From: a virus
Taxonomy: Duplodnaviria > Caudoviricetes
Reading direction: 5' to 3' (one strand)
IMG/VR virus record: IMGVR_UViG_3300025517_000005
Location: 1 to 33,075 of that record
DNA length: 33,075 bases
Position 1 is the stretch's first letter, and every line of letters begins with the position of its first letter. A program made the position numbers and the translations under genes. Positions 1-7,399 of the stretch are shown here, piece by piece. Under the pieces are notes generated by a model. It saw only the letters and a list, made by a program, of their open reading frames with translations, did no database searches and was not told the origin of the DNA.

Positions 1-57
1 ATGTTCCGCACACAAGTCCACCAATGGGAACGCGACCAGTATATCGAAATGTATTGA
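1..57 (+). CDS. glnA: 3' end of type I glutamine synthetase (partial; gene presumably begins upstream of the window)
   Basis: Translates to MFRTQVHQWERDQYIEMY*, matching the Bacillus GlnA C-terminus (MFRTQVHxWERxQY). Confidence 0.88.
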   Translation: MFRTQVHQWERDQYIEMY

Positions 58-99
58 GCAAGAAACCCCTTGAAGCGTAAGGCTTTGAGGGGTTTCTGT
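1..99 (+). repeat. attL, left copy of 99-bp direct repeat
   Basis: Identical to 32977-33075 (ATGTTCCGCACA...GGGGTTTCTGT). Confidence 0.96.
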
Positions 100-104
100 A
101 TTTT
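61..104 (+). terminator. glnA intrinsic terminator
   Basis: AGAAACCCCT (61-70) / AGGGGTTTCT (88-97) stem just after the stop codon, followed by GTATTTT. Confidence 0.8.
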
Positions 105-160
105 GGTCAAATTGCTTTTTTGGGGTGGTGAATAATTAGTTGACCAAAATTTGACCAAAA
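101..160. promoter_or_regulatory. Putative integrase arm-type binding sites, left arm
   Basis: TGACCAAAA at 141 and 152, inverted copy TTTTGGTCA at 101; same 9-mer occurs three times beside attR. Confidence 0.7.
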
Positions 161-165
161 AAATT

Positions 166-1305
166 TCAGTTTTTGATCCGGCTGTAATAGTCATCAAACT
201 TTTCGATTTTCTCGCGTTCGATTTTTTTCGAGATATGGCTGTATACATCAGATGTAATTTGGATGCTGCCATGTCCAAGGCGCTCCTGGATGTATTTTAA
301 ATCAGCTCCGGCTTCCAGCAGAATAACCGCATGCGTATGGCGCAACGAATGAATCGGAAGGGGAGGAATGCCTGCTCTCTTAAGGATACGGGAAAAGGCA
401 TTAAACAGGCTGGACTTCGGCATAAAATTCCCATCATTACGGCACAAAACCAAATTTAAGTCGTGGTGATATATTTCGTTCAGGGCGAGCTTATTTTGAT
501 TTTGATATTTTTTATGGAAAGTCAGATCGTTAATCAGGCCCTTGCTAATTGTGATCACCCGTTTTGAATTGTAAGTTTTTGGATCGCCAAACAGCTCTTC
601 TTTTGATTTTGCCTGAAAGTCCAATGTTTTGGTGATGCTGATCGTACCGGCTTTTAAATCGATATCTGACCATTGCAGAGCGGCTGCTTCGCCTTTTCTC
701 ATGCCAGTTTCCAGCAATACATTGAAAAACATCCAATAAATATAATCATACTTGTAAGCTTCTTTCAAAAAATCGGCAATACGGTCGGTTTCAATATATT
801 TCAAATCTCTTTTTTTCTCCTGCCCCTTTACAATCGCCCCAATGCATGGATTTTTGGTAACTTTCCCCAAGATCACGGCCTTCTCAAATGCATTAAACAA
901 TGTGCTGTGTACAATTTCGACTGTGCGTTTGCTGTAACCTTGGTCAATTAACTGATTTAGAAATTTTTGATATAGAATCGGCTTGACGTTGGCCAGCTTA
1001 ATTTCCTTAAAATAGGGGAGAATATGCTTTTCGATATTCTGTTTATGAAGATTGAAAGTATTTTTTCGGATCGTATCTTTTTTAAACTCATAAAGCCAGG
1101 TGTTCAAAAAGTTTTTCAAAGAAATAGGGGACTGCTCAACACCTTCCAAAATTTCATTCTCCATTTTTTGAGCGGCTATCTGCGCTTCTTTTTTTGTTGA
1201 AAAACCGGATTTTGACTTTATTTTATACTTTTCAGTGACGGGGTCCTTATATGATATCCGGTATTCCCATTTGTCGCCGCGTTTTCTATAAGTGGCCATG
1301 TTCAT
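166..1305 (-). CDS. int: Phage tyrosine integrase with N-terminal arm-binding domain
   Basis: Catalytic motifs TGMRKGE, HSLRHTHA, LGH, DVYSH; N-terminal YRKRGDKWEYRISY...GFSTKKEA; adjacent to attL; start may be 1299. Confidence 0.96.
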   Translation of the reverse strand: MNMATYRKRGDKWEYRISYKDPVTEKYKIKSKSGFSTKKEAQIAAQKMENEILEGVEQSPISLKNFLNTWLYEFKKDTIRKNTFNLHKQNIEKHILPYFKEIKLANVKPILYQKFLNQLIDQGYSKRTVEIVHSTLFNAFEKAVILGKVTKNPCIGAIVKGQEKKRDLKYIETDRIADFLKEAYKYDYIYWMFFNVLLETGMRKGEAAALQWSDIDLKAGTISITKTLDFQAKSKEELFGDPKTYNSKRVITISKGLINDLTFHKKYQNQNKLALNEIYHHDLNLVLCRNDGNFMPKSSLFNAFSRILKRAGIPPLPIHSLRHTHAVILLEAGADLKYIQERLGHGSIQITSDVYSHISKKIEREKIEKFDDYYSRIKN

Positions 1306-1341
1306 TTCTCCTCTCTAAAATGACTTTACTCTATCAAAAAA

Positions 1342-1860
1342 TCAGTCCCAATGAAATGACTGGGTAGGTACAGATTGACGGAAATAACCGTTTCGCTGCA
1401 GCTGTAGCAGTCGTTCCAGGCATAGCTCCGGGCTTACCTTGAATATGTCTGTCATTTGCTCTACGACATGTGGATCGTCAAAATCGATGTATTGCAGCAT
1501 GTGAAAGGGGATAGCGGCATACTTTACGAAATGCCGTGCATCCCACTCTTGAAGCTCGCGGAAAGCCTTAGGCATCATCGACTGTACACCGGCATGCCGT
1601 AAAATGTGACAAAGCTCGTGGAAAAAGATCTCCCGGTGCTTCTCAGGCGGCTCCCGGCAATCAATAACAATTCCCTGGTAACGGCCAATCACTTCAAAAT
1701 ACGAATAAATCGGCTTATAATGGACATAAATGCGCAAATATCGGGAAATTGCCGTAATGTCGATTTGCTTCGGTTTGGTAATACCGATTCTTGAGTAAAA
1801 TTTTGTAACCCAATCTTCTAAAGAAGTTGTGCAGTAATCATGGAATTTCACTTTAATCAC
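1342..1860 (-). CDS. ImmA/IrrE family metalloprotease (antirepressor)
   Basis: HELCH HEXXH motif followed by ELQEWDARHF; lies between integrase and repressor. Confidence 0.9.
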   Translation of the reverse strand: MIKVKFHDYCTTSLEDWVTKFYSRIGITKPKQIDITAISRYLRIYVHYKPIYSYFEVIGRYQGIVIDCREPPEKHREIFFHELCHILRHAGVQSMMPKAFRELQEWDARHFVKYAAIPFHMLQYIDFDDPHVVEQMTDIFKVSPELCLERLLQLQRNGYFRQSVPTQSFHWD

Positions 1861-1866
1861 CTCTTA

Positions 1867-1894
1867 AAAACGTATGTTCCCTATTTAGATTATA
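1867..1894 (-). promoter_or_regulatory. LexA (Cheo)-like box and -10 element upstream of immA-int
   Basis: Minus strand GGAACATACGTTTT (1880-1867) resembles CGAACRNRYGTTYC; TATAAT at 1894-1889. Confidence 0.7.
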
Positions 1895-1929
1895 AAATAA
1901 ATCTCCTTCAATTAAAAGAAGGAGATTTA
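1891..1929 (-). terminator. Intrinsic terminator downstream of the exonuclease gene
   Basis: Perfect 12-bp stem TAAATCTCCTTC (1898-1909) / GAAGGAGATTTA (1918-1929), T-run on the minus strand. Confidence 0.75.
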
Positions 1930-2061
1930 AAAATAATTGAACAATCTTATCAAATATTAATATGATAACTCATCGTAAACGGTATTGTGAATGTTGGCTT
2001 GATTACTTTGAAATTTGTTCACATTCCCCTTGTATATTTTTTTAAAAATAATTCAATTATT

Positions 2062-3036
2062 TTATACATACGCCCTCTGCAGTTCCAAACAGTGCCGATA
2101 AAGTTCCCCTGTAACCAGACAGTCACTCAACGCTTCGTGGGAAGAGAAGGTGTCAAGGCCGAGGTATTGTTTTAGGGTCTCAAGTTTATGGTTATCCGTG
2201 TCTTTGATGTGCCTTCTTGCAAGGGTGAGAGTATCGACGACTCTAAATTTTTGATAAGGCAGATTTTCAGCATACATGTTATGTAGCAAGAATTTCATAT
2301 CGAATGGCGCGTTATGGGCGACGAGTGTATCAGATTCAATGAAAGAAAGCAACTCGGGCAATTTTTCTTTGATGGACGGTGCGCCGATTAAGTCATCATT
2401 TGTAATGCCGGTTATCCTGGTTATGTTCGTAGGGATGGGTATGCCAGGGTTGACTAAAGTGACGAATTCATCAATCTTTTGATGGTTTTCAAATTTGACG
2501 GCCCCGATCTGAATGATTTTGCTGTTTTCTGGTTTCAATCCGGTTGTTTCAAAATCAATAACAGTATAATTATTTGGATAAACTCTCGCTTTTGTGTATT
2601 TAAAATAATCGGCTTTGCTGACCTTTGTCATGTTCCTTTTGGCAGGCGTCGACACTATGTTTTCGACAGGTTTTTTATTCTCAGTTTTTGCGCTCTCGAT
2701 TTCTTTTTTCAGTGCAGTAATTTCAGTGTTTAACATGCTGATTTGCTTTTCGAGTGCATCTTTTTCTTGCTGCAGCTTGATCGTATCCTGGACAACATTT
2801 TCTTTTTTCAGTTCCAACTGTTGAATCTCTCCTTTGTTTGGATCTGGTTCGTGGGTGGCAGGCTTGGACTGCTGCATATGTTTTTTAAACCTTTTGATTG
2901 AAACAGATCGCGTGATTAGAAGAATGATAGCGATAAAAAGGAAGAAGACACTTGCTTTCCAAAGAACAGCCAACAGGCAGATCAGCCAGGGCGAATGATA
3001 CCATTTTTCTTTATAGATATTCATGTGAACCCCCAC
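2062..3036 (-). CDS. DEDDh (DnaQ/PolC-like) 3'-5' exonuclease with N-terminal transmembrane segment and coiled coil
   Basis: ExoI VIDFETTG, ExoII LVAHNAPFD, ExoIII HEALSD; hydrophobic WLICLLAVLWKASVFFLFIAIILLI; heptad-rich linker. Confidence 0.88.
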   Translation of the reverse strand: MGVHMNIYKEKWYHSPWLICLLAVLWKASVFFLFIAIILLITRSVSIKRFKKHMQQSKPATHEPDPNKGEIQQLELKKENVVQDTIKLQQEKDALEKQISMLNTEITALKKEIESAKTENKKPVENIVSTPAKRNMTKVSKADYFKYTKARVYPNNYTVIDFETTGLKPENSKIIQIGAVKFENHQKIDEFVTLVNPGIPIPTNITRITGITNDDLIGAPSIKEKLPELLSFIESDTLVAHNAPFDMKFLLHNMYAENLPYQKFRVVDTLTLARRHIKDTDNHKLETLKQYLGLDTFSSHEALSDCLVTGELYRHCLELQRAYV

Positions 3037-3053
3037 TTGTAAATTTATAAATT

Positions 3054-3971
3054 TTAATAAGTTTCATCCCAAAAGTCATTTTCATGGACAATCACGATAG
3101 GGGAGCCTGCTTTTCTCAGTTGAACGGCTTTTTCAACTTTCCGGCCATAGCAGGAGTAAGCCCAACATGGATTGCCATCAGCTCCGACAATCAGATAATT
3201 TGTCTTTTTATTGACGTTATTATTAAAGATTCCACCTTTGTTATTGATAATTTCGGCGATTTCATTTCTTGTTGCTCGAGCAGACGTGCCGGTAAAGGAA
3301 AAAATCTTATTTTCAAAAGTGATCTCTGGACAGACAGCACAAATACCATTAATTGAAAATTTTTCTTGCAGGGACCGAATCTCCGGTTCATGAATATTAT
3401 GAGAGAGTTTCGTGTCAATAAAGTTAGCAAAAAACGCGGTCAACATGCTTTTTTCTTCTTTTGTAACGACCCCGTCATGTTTTACTGCAGTTAGTAAGCT
3501 ATCGATTTCGTCAAATGGGTAGGTACCTTTCAGAAGAAAACTATGATTTTCCATCCATTCTTCCAACTGGTCAATTTCAGTATCATCCAATTTACGATCT
3601 GCCAGCATGCCATGTAGAATACCTTCCAGTTCTTGAATGGACACGGTGACTAGGTCATAAAATTCATCAAACTCGTCCTGATGGAGAATACGATTGCAAA
3701 GCCATTGGATATCCTGAATTTCTTCTTCGTCAAGCTGACCATCATCTAAAGCGCTATCAATCATAGGTATGATTTCATTAAACGGAGAATTGTTTTCCAA
3801 ATGCCGATGAAGATTGCACCAATGAAAAACTTCAGCCAGTTCTTCATTAGTAATAATGCCGTCATATTGAATACCTCTGATCAGTCCCATGAGAGAATTA
3901 ACAGCTTTATGTAATTCAGCTTTTGTTGTATACATGCGGTATTCATTGACTTCGGAATATTGTTTTCCCAT
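3054..3971 (-). CDS. BRCT-domain protein with tandem TerB-like acidic helical repeats
   Basis: C-terminal ligase-type BRCT (FSFTGT...GG...VNKKTNYLIVG...KVEKA...IVHENDFW); two N-terminal repeats with DGxxxxxE motifs. Confidence 0.8.
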   Translation of the reverse strand: MGKQYSEVNEYRMYTTKAELHKAVNSLMGLIRGIQYDGIITNEELAEVFHWCNLHRHLENNSPFNEIIPMIDSALDDGQLDEEEIQDIQWLCNRILHQDEFDEFYDLVTVSIQELEGILHGMLADRKLDDTEIDQLEEWMENHSFLLKGTYPFDEIDSLLTAVKHDGVVTKEEKSMLTAFFANFIDTKLSHNIHEPEIRSLQEKFSINGICAVCPEITFENKIFSFTGTSARATRNEIAEIINNKGGIFNNNVNKKTNYLIVGADGNPCWAYSCYGRKVEKAVQLRKAGSPIVIVHENDFWDETY

Positions 3972-4008
3972 TTTATCATTTCCCCCTGGTCAAAAAATTT
4001 GTGTTTCG

Positions 4009-4041
4009 AAAAAGCATCCAAAGCCAAAACTTTAGATGCTT
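4009..4041 (-). terminator. Possible intrinsic terminator after the small membrane protein gene
   Basis: AAGCATCTAAAG / CTTTGGATGCTT stem on the minus strand ending in a short T-run. Confidence 0.5.
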
Positions 4042-4068
4042 AATCATCCTCTTTTTATTTTTTCCCCT

Positions 4069-4425
4069 TTATTTTCTTACTAAGGCTAAAATGCCTGAGA
4101 TAGCGATTAGAATACCACTAAGAATACCAAAATAGCTAATAAACACGATATTCAAGATACCGCACACAATAATAAGGATTCCGAAAAGGACTCGCTTTTT
4201 GTTAATGATGCAGGAAAAAATAATTGCGAGAATCGAAACAAGAATACAAGCAATGCCAAGGCCAGTTACTCCATCTGAACCACTTGCTTCAAACGCTTTA
4301 GCTACAGCCCCAACGGTCATTGCCAAAATGCCGCCTATTATGCCGAAAACACCGCCAATTATTCCAAGGACCATTTCGGCTACCCGGCTTGTCGTACTTT
4401 TGCTTACAACTTTTTCTGTTTCCAT
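4069..4425 (-). CDS. Small multi-pass membrane protein (DUF4064-like)
   Basis: SRVAEMVLGIIGGVFG start, 3-4 Gly/Ile-rich hydrophobic helices; GGGGGGAG RBS. Confidence 0.7.
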   Translation of the reverse strand: METEKVVSKSTTSRVAEMVLGIIGGVFGIIGGILAMTVGAVAKAFEASGSDGVTGLGIACILVSILAIIFSCIINKKRVLFGILIIVCGILNIVFISYFGILSGILIAISGILALVRK

Positions 4426-4527
4426 AAGGCTCCCCCCAAAAAGTACTTTTTATAATTTATGTAAACTCTAAAAAAGAGCATACACCATTTTTAACTATAT
4501 ACGTTTTTTATATTTTTGTTTCTGGAA

Positions 4528-4923
4528 CTAATCGGAAGAATTTTCATCATTCCGTTCTTTTGCTTTCTGGGCAACCCATTCAAAATGCCGCCGAATTTCA
4601 TCAATATCATCTTTTGAAAGATTCTTCCATTTATCGATGTCAAAAAAACCAATTTTCTCAATGCCATATTCTTTAATCAGTTTGTTGATTTCAGCCAGTG
4701 AATCGTCTTCTTCGTTTAATGTGCGAATATCGGTGCGGCCAAGGAGATAGTCAGTTGTTACATCAAAAAAGTCGGCAATTTTTCGAAGAGTTTCATAATC
4801 AGGCTCACGCTTTCCTTGCTCATAATTGGCAATTTGCCCTCGAGAATAACCTAATCTATCTGCTAGTTCATACTGGCTTAAACCTTTTTGCTTTCTTAAA
4901 GCTGATAACCTTTTGCCAAACAT
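4528..4923 (-). CDS. CI-like XRE-family repressor (ImmR type, no autopeptidase domain)
   Basis: HTH_3 pattern LRKQKGLSQYELA...IANYEQGKREP...DVTTDYLLGR; start moved to ATG 4923 by GGGAGGA RBS. Confidence 0.93.
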   Translation of the reverse strand: MFGKRLSALRKQKGLSQYELADRLGYSRGQIANYEQGKREPDYETLRKIADFFDVTTDYLLGRTDIRTLNEEDDSLAEINKLIKEYGIEKIGFFDIDKWKNLSKDDIDEIRRHFEWVAQKAKERNDENSSD

Positions 4924-4954
4924 CCGATATTCCTCCCTATAGTTATCATTATAA

Positions 4955-5296
4955 GAAACAAACAGTTTCCGCGCCATGGTGAAAAGAAAAAAGACACAAA
5001 AAGTTTCCAAAAAATCGTTGACAGAAACAAAACGTGTCTATATACTGATGATATAGAAACGAAATGTTTCTGGAAGAGGTGATAATAAATGGCTAAGAAT
5101 ATTTACTTAATACAGCTCCGCGGCAAACAATCCAGAAGAAAAGTTGCAACAGAGCTTAATATTACACCGCAAATGCTAGGTGCGATTGAGAGGGGGGATA
5201 GGACACCGTCGTTACAATTAGCGAAACGAATAGCCGATTTTTATAATGTTTCAATTGAGGAAATTTTTTTTAACCAAAAAGGAAACAAAACGTGTC
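4955..5296. promoter_or_regulatory. Five 15-bp palindromic operators GA(A/C)AC-N5-GT(T/G)TC
   Basis: Copies at 4955, 4993, 5024, 5056 and 5282. Confidence 0.85.
5018..5046 (+). promoter_or_regulatory. Early lytic sigma-A promoter
   Basis: TTGACA (5018-5023), 17-bp spacer containing an operator, TATACT (5041-5046). Confidence 0.88.
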
Positions 5297-5313
5297 CAAT
5301 TTGGAGAAAATAA
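5089..5313 (+). CDS. Cro-like XRE HTH regulator
   Basis: VATELNITPQMLGAIERGDRTPSLQLAKRIADFY; divergent from repressor; GAGGTG RBS. Confidence 0.9.
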   Translation: MAKNIYLIQLRGKQSRRKVATELNITPQMLGAIERGDRTPSLQLAKRIADFYNVSIEEIFFNQKGNKTCPIWRK

Positions 5314-5502
5314 AGTAAATATTACTCTTGAAAAGAAAGACGCGGCAATGACCGCGGAGAATAAAACAGGCTATGTTTGTAACAGCAAGAAAGTGGCACT
5401 GCAAATGACAGTGATTTTAATCCAAATGCAACTGAATTTAACTTACTAAAAAATACTGTCACATTTCAATGAATCCATTGGTACAGAAGGGGGAAGTCAC
5501 TA

Positions 5503-6024
5503 ATGAAACTTGGAAAGGAAATGGCGAATGCCCGGAAGCGGAAAGGGATTACCCAGGAAGGCCTCGCATCAAATACGCCGGTTTCGCGGGAAAGCATTGC
5601 CAAATATGAAACAGGGGCCAGGACATTTCCAGATGATTTGCGTTCAGTGATGGCCAATGAGCTGGATGATGTGGAATTTTACTTTCTGGCCTGGTGCGAT
5701 GCTGCCGGAAAAGTCTCTATCCCGTATTTCAATGGCGAAAACATCGATCATCATCCGACAAGCATGGCTTTTCTGGTGCAGGCAGAAACGAACGAGGCGT
5801 TGGATAAACTGCAAGACATTCCCTGGGCAAAACCGGTACATACACGAACAGCACAAGAGCTCGAGGAAACGAAGAAACTCATTTTCGAATTACTGGATGC
5901 GGCAGCCAGCATGGTCAATCTTGTAGGGGTGATATGTAATGAGCACCAATTTTCCATGAAACAACTTTTTACGCAGTGGCGGCTGTCTCTCCGATCTCGT
6001 AATTACATTGATAAAGATTTTTAA
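5503..6024 (+). CDS. XRE-family HTH protein with C-terminal helical domain
   Basis: RKRKGITQEGLA...SIAKYETGAR; AAGGGG RBS. Confidence 0.82.
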   Translation: MKLGKEMANARKRKGITQEGLASNTPVSRESIAKYETGARTFPDDLRSVMANELDDVEFYFLAWCDAAGKVSIPYFNGENIDHHPTSMAFLVQAETNEALDKLQDIPWAKPVHTRTAQELEETKKLIFELLDAAASMVNLVGVICNEHQFSMKQLFTQWRLSLRSRNYIDKDF

Positions 6025-6042
6025 TGCAAGAGGTGATGCCAA

Positions 6043-6318
6043 ATGTCCATGTTAAAAGTTGAAATCGATGAACAGGAAGTACGGAATCTTTACCTGGAAA
6101 GAATCGAAGAAAAACTGAAACAAGTGGATGCAGAGCTTGTGTTTTGGGATTCAGCCGAGCTGAAGCGTCGCACTGGTATGAGCTGGAACACCATTCTAAA
6201 GGAATTTTTCTACGACGAACGCTTTCCAAAATACAAAGTTGGCCGAGATTGGCGCTTCCCGGCGGAAGAAACAAAACAGTTTCTATTAACTTGGCTAAAA
6301 GAGCAGCCGAGACATTGA
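6043..6318 (+). CDS. Putative excisionase-like winged-helix DNA-binding protein
   Basis: WDSAELKRRTGMSWNTI...FPKYKVGRDWRFP pattern; early-operon position. Confidence 0.6.
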   Translation: MSMLKVEIDEQEVRNLYLERIEEKLKQVDAELVFWDSAELKRRTGMSWNTILKEFFYDERFPKYKVGRDWRFPAEETKQFLLTWLKEQPRH

Positions 6319-6330
6319 GGAGGAAATGAA

Positions 6331-6612
6331 ATGTTGAAAGTTGACCAATTTTTGCGGCAGGATTTGGCCAAGGCAATCGTTGAGTACAAATGTGCATTTG
6401 AACTCAGCAAGGAGGCTACAGCATTGCTGATCCGTGAAAATGACTTTGAAAAGAGCATCCAGTATACGGAAGATCTGCTGAAATCGCTTAAAGCGTTGCA
6501 GAAGATGAAAGAGAAAAGGGAAATGCTGGAGCGGATCCATAAGGTGGCTATTGAGTTACAACAACAAAATGTTGATATCAAAACGATCGTTTTGAAGAAA
6601 GCAGGTATATGA
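6331..6612 (+). CDS. Hypothetical phage protein (helical)
   Basis: GAGGAGG RBS, operon position. Confidence 0.75.
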   Translation: MLKVDQFLRQDLAKAIVEYKCAFELSKEATALLIRENDFEKSIQYTEDLLKSLKALQKMKEKREMLERIHKVAIELQQQNVDIKTIVLKKAGI

Positions 6613-6613
6613 G

Positions 6614-6886
6614 ATGGGCGGCGTATTCTTTCTAATTTTGTTTCTGCCGGCGCTGCTGATCGGTTATGGCGTACTTTGCGCGTGGGTGATGGAGATGAAT
6701 GAAACGGATTTTGATACGCTGTGGGCAGATTTTTTGGATGTGCCAATTGATTTGGAACATCAAATAGCAGTTTTTCCTTTTTTCTTAGGCCGTATCAAGG
6801 CTATGTTAAAAAATAAAGAAACAATTTCGAAAGAAGAATTATGTGATGCGTTGAAAAAGTCAATTCAACACGCAACGTCCATATAA
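6614..6886 (+). CDS. Hypothetical protein with N-terminal transmembrane helix
   Basis: Starts 1 nt after the upstream stop; hydrophobic first 25 residues. Confidence 0.6.
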   Translation: MGGVFFLILFLPALLIGYGVLCAWVMEMNETDFDTLWADFLDVPIDLEHQIAVFPFFLGRIKAMLKNKETISKEELCDALKKSIQHATSI

Positions 6887-7017
6887 CCATATCGGCGAGA
6901 ATCCTTATTCTTGCCGTGAGAGGCTGAAATACCCGGAAAACATGCGTTTTCAGCGTCTCACGGTGCGAATAAGGCACTACTGATCTTTGACAACTGAATA
7001 AAGAGGAGGTGGAATGA

Positions 7018-7383
7018 TTGACGCTCACTAGGAAAGAAAAACGGGAGATCAGGCTTGAAATTTGCCATAATATGGACCTTTATTGCAAGTCTTGCCCAAT
7101 TCGTGGGAACAAAAAAGTCAATCATAACACGGTTTATTGCCGGAAAAACTGCCTGGTTGGTGCCCTTCTGCAAGAATTGGCATTCAAACTTATAGAGGAT
7201 GAAAAGCAACTGGATCACAGTTTGGCGAAAACCGGCACTTGGACGGAAGAAGAAGATTTTTACCTCATCCATCATGCAAGCTTATATGATGACGAGCATC
7301 TTGCAATGCGCTTGAACCGGACGCCGGTTTCGGTGCATAGGAGAATGATTCATTTGAACTTATTAGAAAAAGTACGCAATTAA
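7018..7383 (+). CDS. Zinc-finger protein with C-terminal Myb/HTH-like segment
   Basis: CKSC...CRKNC cysteine cluster; WTEEEDFYL...LAMRLNRTPVSVHRR; GAGGAGGT RBS, TTG start. Confidence 0.75.
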   Translation: MTLTRKEKREIRLEICHNMDLYCKSCPIRGNKKVNHNTVYCRKNCLVGALLQELAFKLIEDEKQLDHSLAKTGTWTEEEDFYLIHHASLYDDEHLAMRLNRTPVSVHRRMIHLNLLEKVRN

Positions 7384-7399
7384 AAAAAGGAGGGAAACC

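Noticed and set aside
1957-2032. Possible 21-codon minus-strand ORF after AAGGGGA
   Set aside because: SD-to-start spacing is 0-2 nt, and the ATG frame stops immediately
4924-5010. N-terminal extension of the repressor in the ORF track
   Set aside because: Overlaps operators and the promoter; a strong RBS supports ATG 4923
5246-5461. 67-aa ORF and imperfect inverted repeat TGACAGT/ACTGTCA after cro
   Set aside because: The ORF overlaps cro and lacks an RBS; the 7-bp repeat in AT-rich DNA is too weak to call
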